Part shown: piece by piece, positions 43,458-51,878 of the stretch
How the letters are laid out: each line of letters starts with the position of its first letter
Numbering within the stretch: the first letter of the stretch is position 1
From: a virus
Lineage: Duplodnaviria > Caudoviricetes
Direction: 5' to 3' (one strand)
Length of the DNA stretch: 54,657 bases
Virus record (IMG/VR): IMGVR_UViG_3300032087_003663
Location: 1 to 54,657 of that record
Made by a program: the position numbers and the translations under genes
The notes under the pieces: generated by a model
Seen by the model: only the letters and a program-made list of their open reading frames with translations
Database searches by the model: none
What the model was told of the DNA's origin: nothing

Positions 43458-44147
43458 GTGAGAGTTCTTGTAATAGGCGACACGCACTGCCCTGCCATGC
43501 ACCCACGATACCCTGAGTGGTTGGCTGAAATTCACAGCCAATGGCAATGCGAGCGCGTTATTTGCATTGGTGACTTAATCGACAACTTAGCCCTTAACTT
43601 TCACAGCAAGAAGCCAAGCCTAAAAAACCCAGTTGCTGAAAAAGAGAAAGCTCAGAAACAGATTGACAAGCTTGTAAAACTATTCCCCAAAGCTGACTGG
43701 CTTTTGGGCAACCACGACATTCTCCCGTGGCGGTGGGCGGACGAAGTCGGCCTGCCACACGAATACCTGCGCAAGCCAGGGCAAATCTGGAAAGTTCCGT
43801 GGAAGGTTCACCCTCGCTACGCGGATCTGAAGATAGAAGGTGTTCTGTACCGACATGGCGACAAAGGAAAAGGCGGTCGCATGGCAGCACTGAACAATGC
43901 CTCTGCTGAACACTCCTCTGTCGTTCAGGGACACTTGCACCAGCAGGGAGGCGTCGAGTACCTAGCAAACACAAAGCATCGCATATTCGGATGCCAGACA
44001 GGATGCGGGGTAAACGACAAGTCTCTTCACTTTGAATACGGCAGGAAGTACAACGCAAAAAGCGTTCTGGGATGTGCGGTAGTCGTGGATGGACACACCG
44101 CATACTTTGAACCAATGCCTGAGAAGCTTGCAAAGGATTTGAAATGA
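43458..44147 (+). CDS. calcineurin-like metallophosphoesterase
   Basis: GDTH, GDLID, GNHD, HGD and GHLH motifs. Confidence 0.92.
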   Translation: MRVLVIGDTHCPAMHPRYPEWLAEIHSQWQCERVICIGDLIDNLALNFHSKKPSLKNPVAEKEKAQKQIDKLVKLFPKADWLLGNHDILPWRWADEVGLPHEYLRKPGQIWKVPWKVHPRYADLKIEGVLYRHGDKGKGGRMAALNNASAEHSSVVQGHLHQQGGVEYLANTKHRIFGCQTGCGVNDKSLHFEYGRKYNAKSVLGCAVVVDGHTAYFEPMPEKLAKDLK

Positions 44148-44383
44148 AATCAAACGATATTGTAGCCGTTACTTTTCTCGATCATGTTGAATCCCCAAAG
44201 GTAAGCAAAGCTGAGAAGTTCACTGTCTTTGGCCGAGTGATCCAAGTGACATCACGATCTGTCATCGTTGGTGCTTGGTGTTATGCGAACAAACGCAGGA
44301 AGTGCGATCACAACACAACCACTTACACCATCCTTCGATCTTGCATCGAGAAGGTTGACATCCTCGTTCCGAAGGAAGACTAA
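44144..44383 (+). CDS. hypothetical protein
   Basis: 79 aa; ATGA-coupled to the phosphoesterase. Confidence 0.7.
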   Translation: MKSNDIVAVTFLDHVESPKVSKAEKFTVFGRVIQVTSRSVIVGAWCYANKRRKCDHNTTTYTILRSCIEKVDILVPKED

Positions 44384-44889
44384 GGTTTTGAAAGACCCTT
44401 TCGCAACGCGACTGGATGACGCTTCCTGTCTTCAACCTCTGGATCGTGATAAGTCCTTGTTTCGCGAAACTGGGTAGCTACCACTGATCGCATGGCTCCG
44501 GTCTTGTCGATCCATTTGCTGCGATACACCCTTGCAGCCCATAACCTCACGGGATGCGCTGCGTGTCTTTGGTAATGACCTTTGTACTGAAGGTCTTTCA
44601 AGAGAATAGCCTTTTCTAGCGGCGCAACTCTCTTCAGTGCTTTCTCGACTTTTTTATCCCAGTCCTTCTTGCCTTCTTCTGTTTTCACAATGCTTCCATC
44701 AAGCATGTAGTAACCTTGGCAAACAAATGACTTTTTCTTTGGCGACCAATCCCAAAAGATTAACTGCACAAATTTCGGCCTGCCCATCTGGTCGTGCGTG
44801 TGATTCAGTTCGATGATGTCGAACCGATCTTGTACCGCGAAAGACTGCGATCCGATTGCTAGTGTTACCCAAAGCAAAAGCGCAGCCAT
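44380..44889 (-). CDS. hypothetical protein with signal-peptide-like N-terminus
   Basis: 169 aa; hydrophobic N-terminus; DIIELNH..D..G...F.QLIFWDW; GGAG upstream. Confidence 0.7.
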   Translation of the reverse strand: MAALLLWVTLAIGSQSFAVQDRFDIIELNHTHDQMGRPKFVQLIFWDWSPKKKSFVCQGYYMLDGSIVKTEEGKKDWDKKVEKALKRVAPLEKAILLKDLQYKGHYQRHAAHPVRLWAARVYRSKWIDKTGAMRSVVATQFRETRTYHDPEVEDRKRHPVALRKGLSKP

Positions 44890-44901
44890 GACACGATCTC
44901 C

Positions 44902-45195
44902 CTATCGCGGGTGTTTCTTTCTAAGCCTGTTCCTTGGCCTTCTCTTTTTTCCATCGAGGAAAGACGCGAGTTGTTTCTGCCTGTAGTATCGCGGCATGTA
45001 GCTGAGGTCGCAAACAGTCTTCGAGTTGGGTCTATGATCGCTAACCCTCACTTTCATCTTTCGATTGCCTTTCTGTGCGTAGACATACCTGCTCAGACTC
45101 TTGCTGCTTCGACACAGGGAAACAGACCACCCCCGTCTTTTGAAAGTATCCACAACCGACCTGACAACTCTTGCAATCGACTGTGCTTCTGTCAT
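44902..45195 (-). CDS. basic hypothetical protein (RVSDH motif)
   Basis: S.S.SRYV...KVRVSDH motif; start uncertain. Confidence 0.6.
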   Translation of the reverse strand: MTEAQSIARVVRSVVDTFKRRGWSVSLCRSSKSLSRYVYAQKGNRKMKVRVSDHRPNSKTVCDLSYMPRYYRQKQLASFLDGKKRRPRNRLRKKHPR

Positions 45196-45274
45196 TCCAT
45201 TTGATCTCGTCGTAATTGGATTCAAACTTATCCCTGTCCACTGGTCGCGGTGAGTCGCCCTTTCCGTTCACCAT
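45041..45274 (-). CDS. small phage protein (GKGD..RP.D motif)
   Basis: GKGDSPRPVDRDKFESNYDEI resembles short peptides common in aquatic phages; 3' part overlaps the next ORF, so extent is doubtful. Confidence 0.4.
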   Translation of the reverse strand: MVNGKGDSPRPVDRDKFESNYDEIKWNDRSTVDCKSCQVGCGYFQKTGVVCFPVSKQQESEQVCLRTERQSKDESEG

Positions 45275-45348
45275 CCTCTCCGTGATCTGAGAAGCACGCC
45301 TGTGATAATGCACACAACACCCACGATCAACATCCACACTTCACTCAT
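45268..45348 (-). CDS. 26-aa single-TM peptide (below ORF track cutoff)
   Basis: MSEVWMLIVGVVCIITGVLLRSRRGW; starts at the repeated GAGGTGGGTG-ATGAGTGA junction. Confidence 0.5.
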   Translation of the reverse strand: MSEVWMLIVGVVCIITGVLLRSRRGW

Positions 45349-45517
45349 CACCCACCTCACTTTCGGTTAGCTCAATGAGCCGGTCAGCTTCTCCGGCTGC
45401 ACACGAAGTAAAAAGATCAGTCCCGTAGTGAAGGTTCTCCACCTCACTAACTATTTCACGAAGTCGCTCAATCTCACCTTGCAGTCGCTCGATCTCGTCT
45501 TTCAGTTCATCACTCAT
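45341..45517 (-). CDS. small coiled-coil protein (DEIERL type)
   Basis: ATG 45517 after GGAGGTGG; DEIERLQGEIERL. Confidence 0.65.
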   Translation of the reverse strand: MSDELKDEIERLQGEIERLREIVSEVENLHYGTDLFTSCAAGEADRLIELTESEVGDE

Positions 45518-45746
45518 CTTCACCCACCTCCTTTTCAATCGCGTCACACAGTCGAGTGTCACACATGCTGCCGCCGCCCTCAACGTAAGGCTGGCACTTT
45601 TTGAGTAACCCACGCAGTCGCTCGATCTCGTCACGCAATTCGTTGATTATCCCGTCCTGAACCTCGACCGTATGCCGCGAAAGGTCGCGTTCACGCTCTG
45701 CTTTGGCTAACGCTTTACACATCTTCTCGAATTGTGACTCACTCAT
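45510..45746 (-). CDS. small coiled-coil protein (DEIERL type)
   Basis: 78 aa; GGAGGTG upstream. Confidence 0.7.
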   Translation of the reverse strand: MSESQFEKMCKALAKAERERDLSRHTVEVQDGIINELRDEIERLRGLLKKCQPYVEGGGSMCDTRLCDAIEKEVGEDE

Positions 45747-46140
45747 AACTCACCTCCTCCTGCCTGTTCGATGATTGCTCGCTCACTGTGATCTCAACTC
45801 GCGGATTATTAGCATCCTTGTCCCTAGCAACCGGCATAAACATGCACTCGCGGTCATCGATCCACAGTCCAGCGTCAGAGAATCCATCAAAGACAGCTTT
45901 CAAAGACGCCAGGATATTGTCCCGATCCATAAACCTGCGAGTCTTGTGATAGAAAGTGATCTCCACCTTCGCCTCGCGGATCGGCTCCCGCACATCCTTG
46001 TTGTAGCAAGCCTCCATTGCCTGCTCTTTTGCATGCTCGCGGTACTTGGCAGTCGCATTAGCCTTGCTCATGTAATGACATCGCACATTCGGCTTCACCT
46101 GTTGCGGCGGCTGATCGACCGTGATCGTCACTGGTTTCAT
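45739..46140 (-). CDS. rusA: RusA-like Holliday junction resolvase
   Basis: DRDNILASLKAVFDG...DD and PRVEITV motifs. Confidence 0.8.
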   Translation of the reverse strand: MKPVTITVDQPPQQVKPNVRCHYMSKANATAKYREHAKEQAMEACYNKDVREPIREAKVEITFYHKTRRFMDRDNILASLKAVFDGFSDAGLWIDDRECMFMPVARDKDANNPRVEITVSEQSSNRQEEVSYE

Positions 46141-46625
46141 TAAAACAACTCTCTCGAAATTTGTTCAATAGGACGAAGGATCTCATTGGGAACAAAGTAA
46201 GACTGCTTTTCCACATCTTTACATCGCCCGTCACCATGAAACTTATACTCTGGTCGCTTACCTTCGCGAGCAATGCACCACCCAACTAACTCATAGGACG
46301 GAAACTTTCCTCGCACTAAAACAAACGCGGCATCGTCGCTATCTCGATCATGCAGTATCAATCTTCCATTGGGTAGTTTTGTGCTGCGAACCTCAACTGC
46401 ACCAACATCGCCCTTGTACTCACGCAGCTTCCCGTGCTGCCAGAAAATGTTTAGTGCTTTACCCACAGCCGCTTCTGCACCAGCCGACTCAATGTCGTTA
46501 CCCCACAAGTCTGACTTGGGTGTTCCATATGGCTCATGGCGACCATTGTTCAAAGCACTAATTCGACGCATCACGCCAGCCTGAGCAGCAAATAACTGCT
46601 CTTGCCATGTCAGTGAAATGTCCAT
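46140..46625 (-). CDS. PD-(D/E)XK-like nuclease-fold protein
   Basis: GAEAAV...GDV..VEVRST...L.GW pattern. Confidence 0.55.
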   Translation of the reverse strand: MDISLTWQEQLFAAQAGVMRRISALNNGRHEPYGTPKSDLWGNDIESAGAEAAVGKALNIFWQHGKLREYKGDVGAVEVRSTKLPNGRLILHDRDSDDAAFVLVRGKFPSYELVGWCIAREGKRPEYKFHGDGRCKDVEKQSYFVPNEILRPIEQISRELF

Positions 46626-46906
46626 CAGTCTTCGCCTCGTAATGCTGTGACTTTTGTATCGACCCGCAACTCAACATCGAACGGAAACTCGATTCCGCTG
46701 CCGTCTTGATCCCGTACAAATACACGCAATTTGTTCGGAAGTTTTTTCGCCTTATCGAAGTTGTAAAACCACACTGCCATACGCCTTGCTGCTTCGGAGT
46801 AGGTCACATTCCCCATCGGCATCCACTTCGGCCAGTCTTTGTGACCGGCAATGCGAGCTTCTCGCAGCAAAGGCTTTTGCTTTTTAATCATTTGACCTGT
46901 ACTCAC
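46625..46906 (-). CDS. hypothetical protein
   Basis: 93 aa, coupled at both ends. Confidence 0.7.
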   Translation of the reverse strand: MSTGQMIKKQKPLLREARIAGHKDWPKWMPMGNVTYSEAARRMAVWFYNFDKAKKLPNKLRVFVRDQDGSGIEFPFDVELRVDTKVTALRGED

Positions 46907-47292
46907 TGTTCGGCCATCTCGGCCAGATCGGGAAAAAGCGATAACGGAAGATCACCCCAATGGACAGGACCGCCTTCTGAAGTTGAAAGATGCTCTTTTG
47001 GGTAACTGTTTAAGTCGATCTCAATGTACCCCTCGTCGCGTTTCCTGATGGGCAGGTGAACTTCCAGCGATTCAACAGCCATAGGGTCACCAACTTGATC
47101 AAGCTCGTACCACAGCCCGTCCATTCCATAAGTGTGATTACCGACTTCTGGGTGAATCGTCACTGTGTCATCGGACCACTTAGCGAGAACTGTTACATTG
47201 CCTCTGTAAGTTTCGCCCATTGAATCTGCAACGATTTTGCAATACGGAACTCCAAGGTGAACCAGATACTCTTCTTTTTTTGGATTACTCAT
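46903..47292 (-). CDS. hypothetical protein
   Basis: 129 aa, coupled at both ends. Confidence 0.7.
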   Translation of the reverse strand: MSNPKKEEYLVHLGVPYCKIVADSMGETYRGNVTVLAKWSDDTVTIHPEVGNHTYGMDGLWYELDQVGDPMAVESLEVHLPIRKRDEGYIEIDLNSYPKEHLSTSEGGPVHWGDLPLSLFPDLAEMAEQ

Positions 47293-47702
47293 ACCAACGC
47301 TTCCTTTTCTTGAATAACATCCTTAACTTTCAACACACACGCTTCGACATCAGCAATCGCTTGCGAGATATCGGTGTCCGGTTTTACTTGCATCAGATCG
47401 ATGCAGTGCTGTAGCTCGCGGCGAGCATTGTTTAGATTGACTTGGGCAATGAGCGAGTCGCAGATGTTGTCGCTGACCTCAAAGCCAAATTGCTTGAAAA
47501 CACCCTTGGCGACTTCGATGTCAAACGAGTCTCGCGACTCAACTGCCTGGAAACACTTCGCAGCCATCGGTGACTGAAGCTTGTCAAACTCGATTGACTC
47601 GCAAATTCTTTCTCGGTCGCCAGCACGACCCAGTGCCATCCCTAGCAACAGTAGCTCCAGCCGGAACTCTCGATTCTTCCTCATTGTGTCCACGCTATTC
47701 AT
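47289..47702 (-). CDS. stand-alone DnaB N-terminal-like helical protein
   Basis: ATG 47702 after GGAG; ELLLLGMAL...I...L..P....FQAV resembles the DnaB N-terminal domain. Confidence 0.5.
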   Translation of the reverse strand: MNSVDTMRKNREFRLELLLLGMALGRAGDRERICESIEFDKLQSPMAAKCFQAVESRDSFDIEVAKGVFKQFGFEVSDNICDSLIAQVNLNNARRELQHCIDLMQVKPDTDISQAIADVEACVLKVKDVIQEKEALV

Positions 47703-47715
47703 AAATCGCTCCATC

Positions 47716-47726
47716 AAACAGAAACA
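47716..47726 (-). promoter_or_regulatory. TGTTTCTGTTT leader motif, copy 4
   Basis: AAACAGAAACA on +, i.e. the motif on the coding strand just upstream of GGAG and ATG 47702. Confidence 0.5.
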
Positions 47727-47983
47727 GAAAATTGTGTATTTGCGTACCACCGGCATATCTTTAGAGAGACATCATTGACTCTCGTAAGACTCTGTGACCC
47801 TCAATCCAGCCCCCAAGAATCATCCCTCCGCTGTCTCTCTGTGACTTGCCCTTGCCGTTCGGGGCATCGCTTTGGGTGGGTGCTTTTACTCGCTGCCGGT
47901 CAGTTCCTCACCTCACCGGGATGTTTGCCTTGAGTTGTTTGCGAGTGGTTTCAGGTACGTTGCTTGTCAGTAGTTTTTCAAAA

Positions 47984-48069
47984 GAGGGTTACAGGAGTCG
48001 AACCTGCTCGGTTGCAATGCACAGCGGGCTGCTGCGTTTGTCATCGCCAAGTGCCGGGCCATTACCCTC
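47984..48069 (-). ncRNA. tRNA-like element 4 (acceptor stem, AATGG, long interrupted hairpin, T-arm)
   Basis: - strand: GAGGGT/ACCCTC; AATGG; GCGATG/CATTGC and CGCAGC/GCTGTG stems; GCAGG-TTCGACT-CCTGT; starts 5 nt after the ssb stop. Confidence 0.65.
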
Positions 48070-48074
48070 GTCCC

Positions 48075-48317
48075 TTAGAAAGGGATGTCTTCACTGTTTG
48101 CTGCGGATGACGCTGGAACATTCGCTCCGTCCACACGCTTGAAACTAAGGCTGTAGAACGAGCCGCTGCCATCCTTTCGCTGCTTCTGCCAGCCATCGAT
48201 GTAATACTCAGTTCCATCGATCTCACACTTGCCTTTAATGTCAGCATGCGTGTCTTTTTCTTTTCGATCATTCCTCGAAATGATCCCGGTCATGTTGTTG
48301 TCATACTGTTTCGCCAT
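48075..48317 (-). CDS. ssb: small single-stranded DNA-binding protein
   Basis: 80 aa; G...IDG.EY...GW...G.FYSLS core and acidic EDIPF tail. Confidence 0.7.
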   Translation of the reverse strand: MAKQYDNNMTGIISRNDRKEKDTHADIKGKCEIDGTEYYIDGWQKQRKDGSGSFYSLSFKRVDGANVPASSAANSEDIPF

Positions 48318-48537
48318 CTTTTCCCTCTCGTAGTTCTTGCATTCGCTGTTGAAATGAGTCGCGAAAGTTACTCATCATTGATTCGTCTTTTGTGTATTCA
48401 GCACCGTGTTGTTTGTGCAGTCTCACCAAGTGACCGATGAAGTCGAGTATCTGCCTGTTTTTCGCTGTCTTAATTGAGTTCAGAATCACGGACCACCGAG
48501 GTGCGTCTGCGACTTCCTCTATCTCCTCTTGATCCAC
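48301..48537 (-). CDS. hypothetical protein
   Basis: GTG 48537 after AGGAG; fills the gap between helicase and ssb. Confidence 0.6.
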   Translation of the reverse strand: MDQEEIEEVADAPRWSVILNSIKTAKNRQILDFIGHLVRLHKQHGAEYTKDESMMSNFRDSFQQRMQELREGKDGETV

Positions 48538-50231
48538 CGCTGATCTCCTATGTATTTGTAGACATCGCGAACTGGACGATGCCAATCCTTCGATCCATCA
48601 ACCGGAACGTAAATCTTCTGAGGCTTGAACGCAGACATACCTGCATTTTTTGCCTTAATCTTGGCGAGCTTGAACGCTTGCTTTACAGTTGCACCACTTT
48701 TGCTGGCTCCAAAGAACTTTCCATTGAGGTAGTAGTCGGCATCTCTGGTTGGCTTTTTCTTTGGCTTCAGTTCATCACAGGAAATCTCAACAAGCTTGCC
48801 ATCAACTTCGGACCTTGCTGTGTACGCTTGGCGTTTGCTGATTTCGCCACACTGAGGACAGCGATCACCACCCTGACGCGAGCATGAACACACTGGGCAA
48901 ATTCTCTCCAAGTCCAATTCGCCATCCTCGTCGTTTGCCTTTCTTTCCTTGGCTGCAAGATTCTTATTGGTGTCCTCCAAGCTCCACTCACGATCCCGGT
49001 CGGGACGACCATGCAGAAAGCATGACCCAGAGTGATCTTGTATCGTGACGTACTCATATTTGTCCGTGTAGCGAAGTACACGCCCGACCGACTGCAAGTA
49101 GGTGCTTAGGCCAGCCATCGTTGTAGTGATAATGCAGTGCTTTAGCGCGGGGCAGTCAAAAGATTCTCTGAGGATAAATCGGTTGCACACTACCTTGTAG
49201 GTTCCGTCAGCCAAACCGTCGAGAACCTTTTCTCGCATTGCAAGAGTAGAATCAAATTCCTCCAGGAAAAGAGATCCGTCCTCTGCTGGTGTTGAAATGG
49301 TGACTCGGTTTGCATCAATCGATGCGGCGCGAATACCACTGTCTGCAAACCTGCGAACATAGTCGTATGCGTCATGAACAGACGGCGCAAACAAAACCGT
49401 TGGTTCAAGGTTTGGGTTGATCTTCAGGAGCCACTCCAAGACGTTTCCATAAATCACTTCAGTTGGGTTGTATTGGCGATCCCGCGATAGGGTTATCTCA
49501 CCATCCTTGTTCGTTGGTAGAGCCTTGCGTTTGCTGCGAAGAACAGCCTCTGGAGCATCAGGAACAAATATCCTCGCTGGCATGTGAGCCTTGCAGTCGA
49601 GCAGTGCCTGGAACGTAGGTGGATCAATGATGTGATCGTAGAAGTCCTTGACTGACACTGGCGTTGCCGTGTATCCAATGATCGCTAAACAACCACTGTC
49701 GATGTGCCAATCAAAAACTTCCTTAGCCATTGCTGACGCTTGCTGGTGAGCCTCGTCCACCAAAACGATGTCAGCCTTTGGAATAAAGTCTCTGGCGTGA
49801 ACAGTTTGTAGTTGGCACACCTGAACAGCAGCATCAAGATTTCTCCTTCCCTTAAATGCAGCAGCAATAACGCCAAACTCAATATCATGTTTCTCTAGTG
49901 TCTCAATAATCTGCTTGGTGTTTTGTATCCTGCATGAGTAAATGACTACTCGCATTCCCTTGATGACACTATTTCTAATCACCCTTAGCATCATTGCCGT
50001 CTTACCTGCTCCACATGGCGCAACGACACAGAATCTCTTGCATGTGTTAATGCTCCACTGAACTCGACACTGACGACCAAACATTGACTGGCAGTCCTTG
50101 TGAATCCGTTCTTGGTGCGGCCAATATGGGAATGCTGGTTCAGGTTGAACGAGCTTATTAAGCTTTACTGGCTTAGCATCGTAGGTTCGGAACTGACGAG
50201 GTTCTGGAAACAACTCACCTTGTGAATGCAT
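48519..50231 (-). CDS. superfamily 2 (DEAH) DNA helicase with C-terminal zinc ribbon
   Basis: APCGAGKT, DEAH, TATP, ESFDCP, QSVGRVLR, CPVC...CPQC; ATG 50231 after AAGGAG. Confidence 0.9.
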   Translation of the reverse strand: MHSQGELFPEPRQFRTYDAKPVKLNKLVQPEPAFPYWPHQERIHKDCQSMFGRQCRVQWSINTCKRFCVVAPCGAGKTAMMLRVIRNSVIKGMRVVIYSCRIQNTKQIIETLEKHDIEFGVIAAAFKGRRNLDAAVQVCQLQTVHARDFIPKADIVLVDEAHQQASAMAKEVFDWHIDSGCLAIIGYTATPVSVKDFYDHIIDPPTFQALLDCKAHMPARIFVPDAPEAVLRSKRKALPTNKDGEITLSRDRQYNPTEVIYGNVLEWLLKINPNLEPTVLFAPSVHDAYDYVRRFADSGIRAASIDANRVTISTPAEDGSLFLEEFDSTLAMREKVLDGLADGTYKVVCNRFILRESFDCPALKHCIITTTMAGLSTYLQSVGRVLRYTDKYEYVTIQDHSGSCFLHGRPDRDREWSLEDTNKNLAAKERKANDEDGELDLERICPVCSCSRQGGDRCPQCGEISKRQAYTARSEVDGKLVEISCDELKPKKKPTRDADYYLNGKFFGASKSGATVKQAFKLAKIKAKNAGMSAFKPQKIYVPVDGSKDWHRPVRDVYKYIGDQRWIKRR

Positions 50232-50943
50232 CAGCACACTCCTTAGCAAGGTTGAACTCTGCCTCGATCTGATCCAGCACTTCTTCATACTTGGCGTAGA
50301 AACCAAACTGGCTCATATGCCGGATCAAATGCCTAAGTGACTCCGTACCCATGCGATGATACGTTTCGACTTGTCTCTCAGTCAGTTTGTTCCTGATGTA
50401 GTCAGGCTCAGGGCGATCCTTGATGACCACGGTCTTTCCCTGTGGCTCAGGTTCCGGTTCCGGCTCAGGGTCTGGAGCGTAATTGTCGAACGCTATAGGC
50501 CGCTTTGGCTCACGCTCTGGAACCACACGCTTGACAGCTTCTCGAATCAGATTCGCTGGCAGATTAGGCTTCCGCTTCTCTTCGGCCAGCACACCAATCT
50601 CTTCAAGCACCTGACCCAGTTGCTCGTCAGGAACCTTTAGCAATTCCCTGCACTGTCGCTCGGTCGTGATCCTTTCAGCACAGCCAAAAGTGCTGCCCAA
50701 GGTCAGCACTTTTTCCAGCACACCTGTTGCCATAATGTTCCTGTCTGCGTAATCACGCTTGATCCCAAATTCTTGCTGACAGTATTTGTCAAACGACTTG
50801 AAGCCCCTGACTTTGTAAAGCTGTAAATCGCGAATCGACTTGAGCGCGGCAAACGCTTCCAAGCCTTTTCTGAATCCCTCTCGCACCTTCACTTCTAGGT
50901 CAGCAAGCTCAACCGACTCTGCGTCCATCAATTCAGTTTCCAT
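50215..50943 (-). CDS. conserved phage protein, probably DNA-binding
   Basis: 242 aa; L..IRD..LY...GF.SF..YC...FG and ERQCREL motifs; PEPE linker. Confidence 0.75.
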   Translation of the reverse strand: METELMDAESVELADLEVKVREGFRKGLEAFAALKSIRDLQLYKVRGFKSFDKYCQQEFGIKRDYADRNIMATGVLEKVLTLGSTFGCAERITTERQCRELLKVPDEQLGQVLEEIGVLAEEKRKPNLPANLIREAVKRVVPEREPKRPIAFDNYAPDPEPEPEPEPQGKTVVIKDRPEPDYIRNKLTERQVETYHRMGTESLRHLIRHMSQFGFYAKYEEVLDQIEAEFNLAKECADAFTR

Positions 50944-51841
50944 CTTCCATCCTCCTTTCGTCGTGTATCTCTAGCAGTCGCTCTGCAACGACTTGTGCTA
51001 CCTGCGGAACTACTGCGTTTCCGAGACATTTAATGCGATCAGCCCGTTTCGCAACGCCCGAAGAAACTCTTGCTATTGGAGGTTCGTGTACCCAATGGGA
51101 AAACCCATCAACCACTCGGTCCAATCTGGTGAAAGCTTCGCCGTTGGGTCTGTCGCTGGCGGATATTGTTTCACCTGTGCGCAGAGGTAGCTCCTTTTGA
51201 TCATGTGAACTTGCGACTTGCTCCCCAAAGGACCGCAGTCCTTGTACTCTGAAAAGCGGGGGGTTCCCCATGACATCGTCTTTCCACGCGATGATAAAGA
51301 GGCGGTTGCGTTTGTGCGGCGCACCCACTTCCGATGCTGAAACAGTTGACCATTCCGCATCGTACCGGAGGCTGGCAAGCGATCCGAGAACTCTTTCCAT
51401 TCCTCGCCCTGGAGCAAGCAAGGCTGGTACGTTTTCCAATACGATCCAGCGTGGTCCCATTTCGCGAACGATACGCATTGTTTCCCAGAATAATCCGCTT
51501 CGTTTCCCATCTAGCCCAGCCCCTTTTCCATTAAAAGAAATGTCCTGACAAGGAAATCCTGCAAGTAAAACATCAATAGGTGGAGTGTTTGGAGTCGGCC
51601 AAGTACATACGTCATCGTGACGCAAGACTGTCGGCCAATGCTTTTCGAGAACGCGGCTTGCATAGGCGTTGCACTCTACTTGCCATGCAGTGCGAAAGCG
51701 TTTGGACGGATGCGACTCAAATCCATGCTCTAGTCCACCTATACCTGCAAACAAACTACCCATCGTTAAAATGCCCGATTCAGGAATCGAACCTGACTGA
51801 TCAGGGAGTAACGAACTTTCCACGGTATCGGTCCCTTTCAT
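50933..51841 (-). CDS. dcm: DNA (cytosine-5) methyltransferase, alpha-type polypeptide
   Basis: Motif I SLFAGIGG, IV GFPCQ, VI ENV, VIII HKRNR, X LGNAV; no motif IX visible in this frame. Confidence 0.9.
   Translation of the reverse strand: MKGTDTVESSLLPDQSGSIPESGILTMGSLFAGIGGLEHGFESHPSKRFRTAWQVECNAYASRVLEKHWPTVLRHDDVCTWPTPNTPPIDVLLAGFPCQDISFNGKGAGLDGKRSGLFWETMRIVREMGPRWIVLENVPALLAPGRGMERVLGSLASLRYDAEWSTVSASEVGAPHKRNRLFIIAWKDDVMGNPPLFRVQGLRSFGEQVASSHDQKELPLRTGETISASDRPNGEAFTRLDRVVDGFSHWVHEPPIARVSSGVAKRADRIKCLGNAVVPQVAQVVAERLLEIHDERRMEDGN
51073..51510 (-). CDS. nested alternative-frame ORF, putative C5-MTase beta subunit
   Basis: Same strand, different frame; WKT.Q..L, PASGTMRNG, WGTP, and motif IX-like LSPDWTEWLMGFPIGYT. 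Confidence 0.65.
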   Translation of the reverse strand: MGNEADYSGKQCVSFAKWDHAGSYWKTYQPCLLQGEEWKEFSDRLPASGTMRNGQLFQHRKWVRRTNATASLSSRGKTMSWGTPRFSEYKDCGPLGSKSQVHMIKRSYLCAQVKQYPPATDPTAKLSPDWTEWLMGFPIGYTNLQ

Positions 51842-51878
51842 TTAGTAATGTGACCAGCGACCATCGAACGGACCCACT

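Noticed and set aside
47760-48069. Possible tmRNA or RNase P RNA
   Set aside because: There is no GGGG 5' end, G3-U70 pair or CCA end, and no GAGGAAAGTCC core.
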